Shown here: positions 49,801 through 64,000 of the stretch, piece after piece
Layout: each line of letters opens with the position of its first letter
Position numbering within the stretch: position 1 is the stretch's first letter
Source of the DNA: the human T2T-CHM13v2.0 reference genome, Homo sapiens
Direction: 5' to 3' (one strand)
Length of the DNA stretch: 64,000 nt
NCBI RefSeq assembly: GCF_009914755.1
Contig: NC_060929.1
Notes under the pieces: model-generated
What the model saw: only the letters and a program-made list of their open reading frames with translations
Database searches by the model: none
What the model was told of the DNA's origin: nothing
Made by a program: the position numbers and the translations under genes

Positions 49801-52392
49801 AGTAGAAAAACTAAATAATGAACCAATCAAAAATAGTAACTACAACAACTTTTCAAGACATAGACAGTCCAAGAAGACATAAATAGAAACAACAAAAAGT
49901 TAAAAAAGCAGGGGTATAAAGTGTAGAATTTTTATTAGTTTTATTTTTTCTTGTTAGTTTGCTTATGCAAGCAGTGTTGTTATCAGTTTAAAATAATGGG
50001 TTATAAGATAGTATTTGAAAGCCTCATGGTAACCTTAAATCAAAAAACATACAACAGGTACACAAAATGTAAAAAGCAAGAAATTAAATCAAGCCAGCAG
50101 AGAAAATCACTTTCCCTAAAAGGAAAATAGGAAGAAATAAAGGAAGAGAAGACCACAAAACAACCAGAAAACAGATAACAAAATGGCAGAAGTAAATACT
50201 TATCAAGAATAACATTGAATGTAAATGGACTAAACTCTCCAATCGAAAGACATAGATTGGCTGAATGGATGAAAAAGAAACAAGACCCAATGACCTGTCA
50301 CTTACAAGAAACACACTTCATCTAAAAGACACACATAGACGGAAAAATAAGGGATGGAAAAGGATATTTCATGCCAATGGAAAGCAAAAAACAGCTGGAA
50401 CAGCTATACTTACATCAGACAGAATAGATTTCAAGACAAAAACTATAAGAAAGGACAAAGAATGTCACTATAGAAAAATAAGAGCACCCTAATATGAAGC
50501 AAATATTATTAGAGCTAAAGAGAGTGATAGACTCCAAACAATAATAGCTGGAGATTTCACCACCTTACTTTCAGCATTGGACAGATTTTCCAGTTAGAAA
50601 ATCAACAAAGAAATATTGAACTTAATGTGCACTATAGACCAAATGGACCCAATATTTATAGAACATTTCATTAAATGGATGTAGAATATACATTCTTCTC
50701 CTCAGCATGTGGATCATTCTCAAGGATAAACCATATGTTATGTCAAAAAACCAATCTTAAAACATTCAAAAAATTTGAAGTAATATCAAGCATCTTCTCT
50801 GACCACAATGGAATAAAACTGGAAATCAATAACAAGAGAAATTGTGAAAACTATACAAACATTTGTCGATTAAGAACTAAGAAAGTGAGTGCAAACCAAA
50901 CCCAAAATTAGTAGAAGAAAATAAATAATAAAGATTAGAGCAGAGATAAGTGAAATTGAAATGAAGAAAACAATGCAAAGATCAATGAAACAAAAAGTTG
51001 GTTTTTTGAAAAGATAAACAAAATTGGCAAACCTTTTGTCAGACTAAGGAAAAAAGAGAGAAGACCTAAATAAATGAAATCAGAGATGAAAAAAAAGACA
51101 TGACAACTGATACTGCAGAAATTCAAAGCATCATTAGTTGGTACTATGAACAACTATATGTCAATAAATTGGAAACTCTAGAAGAAATGGATATCCTAGA
51201 CACAACCTACCAATATTTAACCATGAAAAAATTCAAAACCTAAACAGATCAATAACAAGTCGCAAAATTGAAGCTATAATAAAAAGTCTTTTAGCAAGGA
51301 AAAGCCCAAGGAAAAGTCCAGTATTTGATGGCTTCACTGCTGAATCCTACCAACAATTTAAAGAAAAACTGATGTCAATTCTACTCAAACTATTCCAAAA
51401 AAAATAGAGGAAGCAGGAATACTTTCAAACTCATTCTCCAAAGACAATATTACCCTGATACCAAAACCAGACAAAGACACATCAAAAAAGAAAACTACAG
51501 ACTAATATCACTGATGAATATTGATGCAAAAATCCTCAACAAAATACTAACAACCCAAATCTGACAACACATTAAAAAGGTCATTCATCATCACCAAGTG
51601 GGATTTATCCCTGGTATGTAAGGATGGTTCAACATATGCAAATCAACCAGTGTAATACATCATGCCAACAGAATGAAGGACAAAATTTATATGCATATTT
51701 CAATTGATGCTGAAAAAGAATGATAAAATTTAACCTCCCTTCATGATAAAAACCCTAAAGAAAACTGAATATAAAAGGAACATACCTCAACATAATCAAA
51801 GCTATATATGGCAGATCCATAGCTAGTATCATACTAAATTGGAAAATGCTGAAAGCCTTTTCTCTAATATTTGGTACATGCAAGGATGCCTACTTTCACC
51901 ACTGTTATTCAACATAGTACTGGGAGTTCTAGTTAGAGCAATCAGATAAGAGAAGAAATAAAGTGCATCCAAATTGGAAAAGAAGAAGTCAAATTATCCT
52001 TGTTTGCAATGATACAATCTTATATTTGCAAAAACTTTAAGATTCCACCAAAAACTATTAGAACTGATAAATTTAGAGAAGTTTCAGCATACAAAATCAA
52101 CATACAAAAATCAGTAGCATTTTTATATGACAACATTAAACAATCTGAAAAAGAAATCAAGATAGTAACCACATTTACAATAGCTGAAAACAAAATAAAA
52201 TACTTAGAAATTAACTTGACCAAAGAAGTGAAAGATCTTTATAATGAAAACTAGAAAACACTGATGCAAGAAATCAAAGAAAACACAAAAACATGGAAAG
52301 ATATTCCACGTCTATGGATTGGAAGAATCAATATTGTTAAAATGTCCATACTACCCAAAGCAATCTACATGCAATCCCTATCAAAATACCAA

Positions 52393-52394
<2 letters not shown>
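46898..52394 (+). mobile_element. L1MA (L1M1-type 5' end): 5'UTR, ORF1 and ORF2 through RT; 3' end missing
   Basis: 5' gagcaaatggtgggatagaagg; ORF1 relic (gaactttcagacagagaattcaaaata); EN/RT peptides [66 protein letters not shown]. Confidence 0.95.
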
Positions 52395-52674
<280 letters not shown>

Positions 52675-53156
52675 GACTAACAAGGCACATTCCTTGCCAA
52701 TCATGACCCATGGTCATAAGATGTTTACAGTTGAGGAAACAGCCTAAGATACCTACAAAAACACACCCCTACAAAAGCAAAAAGTCCAGATGTCCCAACA
52801 CCCGTAACAATATATGCTTTCAAGATAATTGTAGTTATGCTTTGATGTATTCAAACAGTAGAATGCCAAGGATCATTTTCTTTAAATCAATAGAATAATA
52901 AATTTTGACATGCTGTCAGCCCACATGCATGTAAGGACAGCTTGGTTTAGTCTTTATAAGAAAAACTTAAAATGGTGCACTCCTTTTGCTTTCTGAGGGC
53001 ATGCTACTCTGTAATGGAGTAGCTTTCAGTAAACTATCTCTTTTCATGGCACTTTGTAACTTGCCTTAAATTCCTTCCGGCATGAGATCCAAGAAACCTC
53101 TCTTGAGGCCTGGATTGAGACTTCTCTTTTTTTGTTTTTTTTTTTTTCAGTAACAA
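52675..53156 (+). mobile_element. MER41-family ERV1 LTR (MER41E-like) lacking its 5' terminus
   Basis: End gagatccaagaaacctctcttgaggcctggattgagac..gtaaca matches the MER41-type terminus. Confidence 0.7.
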
Positions 53157-53159
53157 AAC

Positions 53160-53570
53160 CAGCATTAGAAATGAAGTTGGTGAGAAGTGGTCAGATTTCA
53201 TATATATTTTGAAGATAGAACTAAAAAGATTTGCTAATGGATTTGAGGTGTGAGAAGACAGGAGTCAAGGATGATTCAAAGGTTTTTGGCCTGAGCAACT
53301 GGAGTTAATATTTACTAAAAATAAGGAATGTTACAGGAAAGGCAAAGGGTTTGATTTGGAAATTTGTTTTTAAGTCTGAGATATCCAGTAGATATCAAAA
53401 TGGAGATGTCGACCACAGAATCAGCTATATGTATTTGGAAGACAGGGAGAAGAATAGCTGGGAAATAAAGCTTCAAGTTAGTGTATAGATGACATTTAAA
53501 AGCACGATACTCAGAAAGATCTCTCAGGTGCCAAATACATAAAGAAAATAAAAGTGAGCCAAGATTGAAC
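53160..53570 (-). mobile_element. L2 fragment
   Basis: gagaagtggtcagatt..ggagtcaaggatgattc..ggtttttggcctgagcaactgg. Confidence 0.8.
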
Positions 53571-53574
53571 TCTG

Positions 53575-55000
53575 TGAGGTAGATAGGACAGGTATTGCAT
53601 ATTACAAACAAGAAAACAGATTTAGAAAATTTAAAGAACTTGCTCAAAGGAGAGCAATTAGGAAGATGCCAGGATTTCAAATTAGTTCTTTAGCTTCTAA
53701 TTTCTTTTTTGTTTTTAATAATGTAGTGTCTTTTCCATAAACCTTTCTATAATAGGGAAAGTTTGATCAGTACAAATGGATTCTAACCTGTTCTCTTTCT
53801 TACTGTTCCTGATTAAAAGATGTAATAACTAAAAATAAATTGAAATTTTAGTTATTTTATGGACACATGATTTTTTTCTCTGACCTAGTATAATAGCCTA
53901 AATTGTCACATTTATCCATAAGTTTAAAATCAGAAATGAGTTTGCACTTGAGACAATTTAAGTAAGCTTCATCAGTTCCAAACCTAATTCTGGATTTCAT
54001 TAAAATGAAGTTATGCTTTGAAAATCTTATCTGATGGTATCTTATTGATGTTCTTCTCATTCCCATTTTGGGAATGGATAACATGGTTGGTTTATTGTAT
54101 ATTGTCTTATGCAGCTGTGATTCTAAAACAGTCTTGGGTATGTTCTCTATGAAGTTTTGTTGAATCAAATACATTTCACATTCCTGCTTGGTACAGTAAT
54201 TGTGTAATTTAAAAGTTGTACACCACCACAGCATTGATTAAGTTAACAGCAACAACAAAAACACCTTTCTTCCAAAAAGGAAGAAATAAACTCCAAAAGC
54301 ATAACTCCTAGAACATTAGAATGGAAAGAGACTTTATAAATCACTGATTTTAACTGCTTCAGTTTAGAGCTAAGTAGAGCTTTACACTGGAGGAAACTGA
54401 GGCCTAGAGGAGTTGGTATAGGCCAGCTGGGACTGGAATTCCAGCCTGCTGATGTCCAGTGCTGGGGCTCCATCCCCCTATGAGAGAATGAAGAAAAGAG
54501 GAAGGTAAATCAATGCACTTGGCTGGTACCCTCAAACATTTCATTTTAGTATAAATTTAGAGGAGAACAGAAAATCAGGAAATAAATGAAAAAGGCAAAT
54601 TTTCTGCAGTGTTTGGGACTAAAAGTGTTTCAAGGAGCACCATAGCCAAAGCATAGGAAGCAAACCCTATCTTCATCATTCACTTACTAGGACATCTCCA
54701 TTCCTTATGCCTCCATTTCCTCTTCTGTAAGATGGAGATAAAGATACCTGGGCTGTTTTGAAGACTGAATGTAATGAGACCCACAAAACTTTTAAATGAT
54801 GCTTGGCACACAGTAGGAGCTTAGATAATGCTAGTTATTATTAGTAGTATTTTCAAATAACAGAGAACCTAGGCTGATGCCCTAGCTCTTCCACTAGTCC
54901 TGTTATTTTCAGATGCATAACTGAATGTTTCTGAGCTTCTGTTTCCTGCTGTACAATGGCATCATAGTAGTTTGCCTGCTGATCTTATGGTGATGTTAAG
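53575..55000. mobile_element. Cluster of MIR fragments (~53575-53700, 54310-54470, 54660-54845, 54870-55000)
   Basis: MIR core motifs gaggaaactgaggcctagag, ccatttcctcttctgtaagatggagata, ttggcacacagtagg. Confidence 0.65.
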
Positions 55001-56669
55001 CACAAGGACAAAAATGACAATGGTAAGGACAAGGGCCCTGAAAGAGAGAATATCATTTTAATAATTCTTATTTCCATGCCCTGTCTGTAGTATTCTGTTT
55101 GTAAATACCTTGTCTGAATACATTTTTAGCTATAGTGTTGACATGATTATTACTATATTAGTCGGAAGAAGAGAGCAGCTTGTTTTGATATTGAAGGAAA
55201 AGATACAGGATGCTATTAAAGACCAAATATTAGAAGTTTAAAGAATGTAATCTAATAAATTATTTTATATCAAATGAGACCTTCCTAAAGTAATGAGCAA
55301 AAAGTACTCATTAATCTAGTTTTCCCGGCACAGTGACAAGTCTAATCAGCTTGCTTTTTAAAGCAGTTGGATGGGATTTATAAAATGCTAAAATTACTGA
55401 AAGAGTATGGTAATTGTGAAACTTTTCCATATGAATACATTTTGGAATATGAAAATGGAACAGGAAATAATTTTTATTAACCAGTGGATAATTAAGAATC
55501 AGAAACCGTGATGCTTGTTTATGAATTCCATTTGAATTTTCTCTAGGCACTTTCTTCATTTATGCTTCATTTATTTCTTCTTTTAAGGTACAGTTGATTT
55601 TTAGCTCTTCTGCTCATGACACTGAATTATGAGGTTTGCATTAGAATAGCTCCCCTGAGTTAGTAATAGAATAGTAACTATTTTGGGATTGTTACCCTTG
55701 TGAAAATACTATTTTAATTGAACAAAGGAAACATGATTAAAATTACAAAACACAGAGTGGTGGAGTATGGCATACTTTTATATATTTATAGTCTTACTTT
55801 TTAGTGACATATTCATTACATTTTTATGTGTAATTTTCTTCACAGTTTTAAAAATTAATCACTTTATAAATCAGGTTACTGGTGCCTAATGAAAAATTTC
55901 ACATAAAAGTTTGAGTTAAGAGGAGTAAATACTAGTTTTTTCTATCATGTCAAAGATCAGACATATCAGATTTCCATATTGATTTCCAATGAAATATCCC
56001 CTACTAAAAGGAGGCCTGTAATGAATGAGGGATAAAGCAGGCTTGGTAGGTAGTTCCCAAGGCAAACTGTGATATAAGTAGGTCTTGGCATCTGCCTGTT
56101 TCTATTTCTGGGCTTGTTTCCCATTTTCTTGGTCTCTGCCTCAATTCTCCTTTGGCAGGTAGGAACTTCTTTCCTCTCAGCCTGTCCTCCCTCTCAGTTT
56201 TATCAAAACATGGACTAAAGAAGGGCTTTGATTTCAGTCCATTTTACTCTGTGTGAATTGAAGCCAGTGAATTATTTCTCCCATGGTTACTTACACTTGA
56301 AGTCTTAGCAACAAATATTGAAGAAAATACTTTCTCCTTTGTAATCTACCTTTACATCCTTAATAGGTAAAGAAAGCATATTTTTAAGCAGAAAATCAAG
56401 TCTCCCTTAGTGCCTCCATGATCATGCATTTAACGCTTAAAATGGGTAACAATGACCAGGATCATAGCGAATACTCCTATTCAAAATGCTAGTGGGATAA
56501 AAAGAGGAGATACGTGAAGAATTTTGCCTTTGAAAAACAGAGGTATATTTGAGAAATCTTTGGGATTTTTTGAGAAATCAGCATATTTAGTTCTGAGTGA
56601 AACTCTCAAGCTTACTTTCAGATCTTGTTCTCTTGAATTTTATATTTTTTTAAAGATGATAAGCAAAAA

Positions 56670-56793
56670 TTTTTATTTTATTTATTACTTTCTAAACTTT
56701 TATTTTCGGTTCAGGCGTACATGTGCAGGTTTGTTATATAGGTAAACTGTGTCTTGGGGGTTTGTTGTACAGATGATTTTGTAACCCAGGTAC
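56670..56793 (-). mobile_element. Short L1PA/PB 3' end
   Basis: T-rich tail then gtacatgtgcaggtttgttatataggtaaac. Confidence 0.85.
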
Positions 56794-57769
56794 TGAAATA
56801 GAAGAGAACCAAGATCTGTATACTATTTAGTTACTTATTTTATTGAATATGTCATTAAGTTTTACTTATATGCTCACTCTTCTCAGAGACAAAGAATGGT
56901 GAGTTAGAGTTATATAATATTCAAATAAGAAACATTTAAGAAGAATGACCATGTAAATATGGACCATTTGTTTCTGACGTACAGCTGTCATCTCATGAAC
57001 TAGACTGCCTCTGATAGGCAAATACATTTCATTGGAAAGGTAAAACACTCTACCTAGAAAATGATTGTTGGAAAATCAAATATGAAATCTGAATTATTTG
57101 CAAACCAGAAAGCTCAAGATCTGGCTCTCACCACTAGTTTAACTCTGCCCCCTTGTGTGTACAGGATGCATTGAGATGGGGCCAATAAGCTTCCTAGAAA
57201 ACAAGGCAAGTCCAGTGTCTCTCCTTAAAGGATTTGATTAAAATCTCCTGGAAAAATCATTTACAATTTCTATATCTTATAGAATAATTTTATAAGGTAT
57301 TCATTAAATAATTTGATAACATTCTATGGAAAAATAATAAACTACATTAAAATTAAATTTAGGAATAGAACATCTCTCAAAATTTGTATGAACTTTATAC
57401 TCTACAATGAAAATGATATCCTCAGGAACAACTTGTGCAACAGACCAATGAGTGAAAAGATAAGGCATATGAATCTATACCCAGGTGATTTTTGGTATAA
57501 TTCCCTGTCTTACCGCTATAACATTCTCAAGTATGACTGTACTTGCTAAAAGGTAAAACATTTTGACTTAAAATTCTAACTTAACAAAAGAATATTTGTT
57601 TTATTCTAATACGTTTACTACAGTACTTTAAATATCAAACAACTTTTAAGTACTCATTAAAGTGAACTCTAAAGTACTCAGTTAACTTTTAAAGCGAATT
57701 GACTTTTTATAGCAAAAACCTTAACAGTGTACTGAAGGATTTGTGATATATGTAGAAAGAAAACAACAA

Positions 57770-60620
57770 TAGTAGCCAAAGATGGAAGAGACTGCAAATG
57801 GAATTAGACTGTTGTAAGACTCTTATGTTATAGGGAAGTGATATAACGTTAATTTAAGACTTACTGTGATAAGTTAAAGATGTATAATGTGATCCCTTAA
57901 TATATATATAGCCAATAAAAAACCAATAGAGGAGATAGAATAGAATACTAAAATAGTATTTGATTAATCCAAAAGAAAGTAGTGGTGAGGACTAAAAGAA
58001 TTAAAAAAAACTAGAAGGAATAACAAGAAAACACAGCAAGCTGAGAGAATTAAACAAGATTCCATTAATAATTGTGTTCAATTTAAATAGGCTAGAAACT
58101 CTATGTAGAAGGCAGATCGTCAGACTAGGTAAGAAAAGCAACACATAATTATATGCTGTTTATAAGACAGTCTCAATAAATATAAAACAAAGCCAATGGA
58201 AAAGTATAAAATACAATACATTATGCAAATTCACACATTACTGCACAAACTAGACTTCAAGGAAATGTGCTTTACTAGAGGTAATGAGGGTCATTTCAGA
58301 GTGATAAAAGGATCAATTCATCAGGAACATAAAAACATGAAATGTACACACATATTATAACAGAGATACTATGATATAAAAATGGCAGAACTTAAAGAGA
58401 AACAGAAAAGTTCACAGTAATAGTTGGAGATTTTAGCACTCCACTGTCAATAATAATTAGAAGATATATACAAAAATTAAAGCATTCAGATTGATGAACA
58501 ACTATACTGACCAACAAGAAAACCATCTAGAACATTGTACTCAATAACTATAGAATACACATTCTTTTCTAATACATGTGGAACATTCATCAAGATAGAA
58601 CACATGACAGATCATAATACATGTTTTGATAAATACATAAGAATTGAAATACACAATATACTATTCTGAACATAAGACAATTAAGTTAGCAATTAATAAT
58701 AAAATAAATCTAGAAAATAACAAAATATTGGGAAATAAGCAACCACTCTTAAGCAGCTAATAGGTTAAAGAAGGAATCACAGATGAATTAGAAAATATTA
58801 TGAATTAAATAATATGAAGACACAATATATCAAAATTTATAAGATGCAGCCAAAGCACTACTTAAAAAAGAAAAAAATTCAAAATAAAAAATTAAACCCA
58901 GAGTTACAAAAATAAGAATATGAGTAGAGATAAAAAAAGAGTAAACCATGAATCAAGTCAACAAATTTGATATAAAAATAATAAAAGTAAGAACACCCTA
59001 TCTAAGTTTATTCTCCCCTGCAAGGAAAAAAAAAAGAAAACAAAACACAGAGAAAAAACACAAACTACTAATATAAGGAATGAAAGATAATACTTCACTA
59101 CCAATCCTGCAAGCAATATACATAATAGAGGAGTATCAAGAATAATTTTGTGCAAATAAATTCAACAATTTAGATGTGATGGAAAAATTTCCAAAACAAG
59201 TACAAAAAGAAATTAAAAATCTATATACCTGTGTCTATTTATAAATTTGAATTTTTAGTTAAAAATTATCCTTCAAAAAATTGCTCAGCCCATATGGCTT
59301 CACAGATTAATTCCTTCAAACAAAACACTCCTCAATTCCTTTCATCAGGACATATATCCTTGATAACAAAACCTAGAAAGGGAATTACAGGGAAAGGAAC
59401 TTTTAGACCATTATCTCTCTTGAACTTAGATTCAACAATTCTCAAAAATTTACAATTTAAATCCAAGAATACAAATAAATGAATAATTCATCATGACCAA
59501 CTGGGGTTTATCCCAGGAATGCAAGGTTGGCTTAATATGTCAAAAATCATTCAATGGAATTTACCACTCTAACAATAAAAGGAAAGGAAAACATAACCAT
59601 GTTTATATGTGCAATGAAAGTATGACAAAACTCAGCACACATTCATGACTGAAAAGAATTCTTTTGACTTTTCTGTATATTTTAAATATTTTTATTTTTA
59701 CTTTTTATTTTATTTTTTACTTTTTGAGATGGATTTATTTTTTTTTCACTCTGTCACCCAGGTTGGAGTGCAGTGATGGAATCTCAGCTCACTGAAATCT
59801 CTGCCTCCCAGGCTCAAGCAATACTCCCACCTCAGCCTCCCAAGTACCTGGGACCACAGTCGTGTACCACCACACCCAGCTAATTTTTTGTATCTTTTTG
59901 GTAGAAATGGGGTTTTACCATGTTGCCCGGGCTGGTCTTGAATTCCTGAGCTCAGGCAATCCATCTGCCTTGGCCTGCCAAAGTGCTGGGATAACAGGCA
60001 TGAGCCACTGTGCCTGGCCTATTTTAAATATTTTTAAATATACTGTTGAGAAAAAACTGTAGGGACATGATTATGTACAATATTATAAAAATATAGTTAT
60101 CCTTAATTGACCTATAGATGCAATGTAATTCTATTAAAAATCCCAGCAGGGTGTCTGTCTTTTTAAAGAAACTGTTTCTAAAGTTTATTTAGAAACACAT
60201 CTACACACACAAAAGAACAGGAAGAATGAAAACAAAGGACAAATTTGGAGGACTTACCCTACCTGATTTAACACTTACTATGAGGATATAATAATCAAGA
60301 CAGTGTGATATTGGTCTAAAGATAGGCATGTAGATTAATGAAACATAATAGAGACTTCAGAAATAGATTGATCCATATATAAATTTCTTTTTTGATAAAG
60401 ACACCAAATTAATTCAATGTGGAAAAGGAACCTTTCAACAAAAAGCTCTGGAGCAGTGGGTATCTGTAAGGAAAAATAATAAGCTTCAATTCCTGCCTCA
60501 TGTAACATGTAAAATTAATTAAAATTAATTACAAAGTAAAACAAAAATTGTCCAGAAGAAAACACAGCAGAATATCATTTTGACTTTAGAGTAGGCAAAG
60601 TATTCCTAAACAGGGTAAAA
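57770..60620 (+). mobile_element. Old L1M (L1ME-type) ORF2 relic with internal deletions
   Basis: atagttggagattttagcactccact; catgaccaactggggtttatcccaggaatgcaaggttgg; tttggaggacttaccctacctgattt. Confidence 0.85.
59695..60019 (-). mobile_element. AluJ
   Basis: Dimer; 17-bp TSD tattttaaatattttta at 59678-59694 and 60020-60036. Confidence 0.93.
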
Positions 60621-60883
60621 AGAGACAGACATGCCTTTTTTCCTATTTTTGTAATGAACTGTAAGTGCTTTTATCCATTTTAATGGCTTTCCTGTTCCCA
60701 GCATTATGTGGATCTTTAGCACAACTTCTCACTTATGTAACAAAATGCAATGTTACTGCTACCAGACATATTACATTGGAGGTGTAATGGCAACACTCAA
60801 ATAGATATTCAAGGTAATTTTTAAGGAAAAGCAGAGTGAGTTAGAGTGCTTTTGTCATACTTCCAAGGAAGTGAGACTTGAAC

Positions 60884-61322
60884 CTCCTATTGCTGCTGTA
60901 ACAAATTACCACAAACTTAGTGGTTTAAAACACAGATTTATTCTTAAAGTTCTGGGGTCAGAAGTCCAAAATCAGCTAACATCAAGGTGTCAGCAGGGCT
61001 GCATTTCTTCTGAGGCTGTAGGGGAGAATCTGGTTTCTTCTTGAGGCTGCAGTATTCCTGGCTCATCTTCCCAACCTCAAAGTCAGCAATCACATAGCTT
61101 TGTCCTCTGCTTCCATCTGTAAATGTCCTTCTCTGACTGCTTCTCCTGCTTCCTTCTTTCACTAATAGGGATCACTGTGATTACATGGGGCCCACCCAGT
61201 TAATCCAGGATAACCTCCCCATCTCAAGATTGTTAACAACCATATCTGAAAAGGCCCTTTTGTTGTGTCAGGTGACATAGTCACAGGCTCCAGAAATTGG
61301 GGTCCTTATTCTGCTGATCATA
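60884..61322 (-). mobile_element. MLT1C/D LTR
   Basis: ctattgctgctgtaacaaattaccacaaacttagtgg..taatccaggataacctccccatctcaagat. Confidence 0.88.
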
Positions 61323-63428
61323 TCTGGGTAGAATTAGGATAGCTAGAGAGGAAGCACCTTTTAGATCATAAAAGAATGAGTATGGTTTCATTGCAATGCG
61401 GAAGCTTTCTGCTGGTTTAGAGTCTCACACTGGGAGATAATGAGAGAATGAATCAGCTGAGGGGTGGTTCGGTGGGCAGCCAGGTAATCAGGAATATTGC
61501 TTTCCAGGCACAGCAGTTTTTTTGACTTTTCTGGTCAATGGGAGTATTTTGAAATTTTTAAAGTGTGGAATCAAAAGTCCTGGATCTTTATAGCATCTTA
61601 GGGGAAGTCCTGACCCCATCCTGTGCCTTCAGGAATATGAAGTGTGATGAAGAAGTTCATTTTAAAGGTAAGACCACAAAAGTCTAGCTGTTGCCTTATC
61701 TGAAGCATAAATATGGAGTATTAGCCAGCCTTGTTACTGCATGAAGAGTGATTCAGGTTTGGAATTGGTGATACAAATCCTCTACACATTACTTTCCAGG
61801 GTCATTCATTTGTTAACTTTTCCTTTGGCCAAATAAAGAAGAGATGAAATGTGTCTGGGCTTTTCTGCCAATCAAAACTTCTTGGAGTCACAGATGCCAA
61901 TTTTAATGACAGTCGATTAGCGTGTAATATTTTTATATTCCATGGGAAATAACACTGAACCTTTGAAATCCATCTGAATTCAAGGGGAATTTTTTAGACA
62001 ACCTGAAAAGAATGCTTGCTTGGTTGTCAAACTCTGAAAAGAATTTAATGCTTGTGAATATTTCCAGCCTTCAACTTTATCTAACAAATTTCTTCTTAAT
62101 GTTGTTACTTTTTGGAGTTCTGTCCCTTTCTTATACCTATTTAAACACCACCTCATATTTTTAGAATTCTCTATACTAGTATGGCTAACTATGAAGTCTT
62201 GCATATTCATGGCTATATATAAGATTTCATTTGATTAAAAATGGAATTGGAAATACAGGGTTAAAGGAACTTACCACTTAAAAGAATTTAGGAATTAATG
62301 TCTTTAAGAAAACAGTAAGATTTCATGTTTTTACATAGTTATCCCTTTTGATGCCTTTTTTGGTATGATGTTATTTCAAAGTTGGTTCTGAAATACACGC
62401 TTTATGATTTTTACATCTTTTTTTTCTAAATACACATTCATATTTTGTTTACCATCTTATGAGAGGTATCTGCAATTTTTAATAGGTATAAGTTTAATAT
62501 CACTTATCCACATTGCTCTTATATCCAACAAGTTTTTTATTCTCAGTATTAGCACAGTACCTTAAGTAACGTATGTCTCTTGGTTTAACAGCAGGTACCA
62601 TAGCTATCAAAACTTCTTTTGTACAGCTACATTTTTCTTTTTCCTGAACACCTTGCAAATGTCACTTTTTAAGTACAACCCAAGACACAATTAGTTTCTA
62701 AGATACCCGTATCATCATTGGCAAAACATAACAATCTAGGGCGTTGCTTATTGAAGGATGGATACCTCTGTGTGTTTCCCACAGTGGTGTGGGAAAATAA
62801 TAGTGCATTAGGTAAGGTTATTGCAATATTGCAGAACTACCAGGGAGATTTTTACCCCTTGATGCTTAATTTTTATTCATTTCAATTCAGGTGAAATAGT
62901 ATCCCTTCAGCATTGGTTGGCACATGAAAGAAGATTAGCATGTAGAAACCTATATATCACTCTGTATCATGAGATAAGGAATGAAGGACTATGTCATTCT
63001 TAGGTTCTTGAGCTCTAATGGACAAAATGTGGCAGCAGAAAAAATATGAGCCCCTAATTTTCAGCAGGAATCATTTTTAATAAGTCCATGACAGTGGATC
63101 TTCTTCACCCTGCAGTTGAGACTTTGGACCACTCCAGAGAGATGAGGAGGAATGGAGGATTGTTTTTCTTCTGCTGGGGCATTTGCTCACAGCTCCACAC
63201 ATTGTGAACAATCAACTTTCTTTAATGGATGAAAGACAACTAGCAAGGGCCCTGTGACAAAGGATAGCAATGGGTGATGTGGCAGGCCAGGAGTAGTGTT
63301 GGATTATCCATTAAGAAAAGTGATTAGATCAGCTCCTTTAGAGAATGGATTATTGGTACATTCATTCTGTTTCCAAATTTGTTGTTTCTTGAATTTCTTT
63401 AAAGGTGGCTAAAACTGAAAATCACTTT

Positions 63429-63726
63429 TTTTTTCTTTGAGTCGGAGTTTTTGCTCTGTTGCCCAGGCTGGAGTGCAATGGCACAATCTTGGCTCACTGC
63501 AACCTCCACCTCCTGGTGGAGAATCAAGAGATTCTCGTGCCTCAGCCTCTCAAGTAGCTGGAATTACAGGCGCCCCTAACCACACCTGGCTAATTTTTGC
63601 ATTTTTAGTAGAGATGAGGTTTCATCATGTTGGCCAGGCTGGTCTCAAACTTTTGACATCATGTGATCCACCCGCCTGGGCCTCCGAAAATGCTGAGATT
63701 CCAGGCGTGAGTCACTATGCCTGGCC
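63429..63726 (-). mobile_element. AluS
   Basis: Dimer; 16-bp TSD aactgaaaat(ca/tg)cttt at 63413-63428 and 63727-63742, consistent with reciprocal CpG decay. Confidence 0.95.
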
Positions 63727-64000
63727 AACTGAAAATTGCTTTAAGAGAACAATGATCAGCCTAAGACAAATTCAAATCTAGATGCAAACAAAACAAAGAT
63801 ATACAGTTTTCTCATTAACATAAGCCAGGTGGAGGACTGATCCTTTGGAAATTATTTTCTGTATCACCTGAGTGGCAAAAGTCGCCTTAGAATAGTCTAG
63901 GATGTTGATGGATAGCTCTTGAACTTGGGCTTAGAGTTGACGGTCTACAAACTCTAGGTGAAGTTCAAGGTATTTCAGCTAGGTTTGTGTAGTTTGGGGT

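Noticed and set aside
53857-54234. 125-aa minus-strand ORF in apparently unique DNA
   Set aside because: Non-ATG start, no recognisable domain or splice support, AT-rich composition

Overview
Primate (human-like) genomic DNA: AT-rich, CpG-depleted and dominated by transposon relics (L1, Alu/FLAM, L2, MIR, MaLR/ERV LTRs, hAT/Tigger). Nearly all ORFs in the supplied track are L1/Alu read-through or noise. I recognise no protein-coding gene, RNA gene or CRISPR array. Subfamily names are recalled from consensus sequences and need Dfam/RepeatMasker confirmation. Signals not explained by repeats: (1) a minus-strand cluster of splice-site-bounded, phase-compatible putative exons at 25.3-26.2 kb; (2) locally templated rearrangements, namely a 61-bp inverted copy of sequence 2 kb away, a complex insertion/fold-back at a (TA)n, perfect 86- and 36-bp tandem duplications and a double snap-back in an Alu; (3) odd retrotransposition products, namely a 72-bp antisense L1-endonuclease fragment with poly(A) and TSD, an L1 5'UTR fused to its 3' end between TSDs, and an L1-Alu-MER41 deletion junction. 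I cannot demonstrate a new biological system from sequence alone; these are the best leads.
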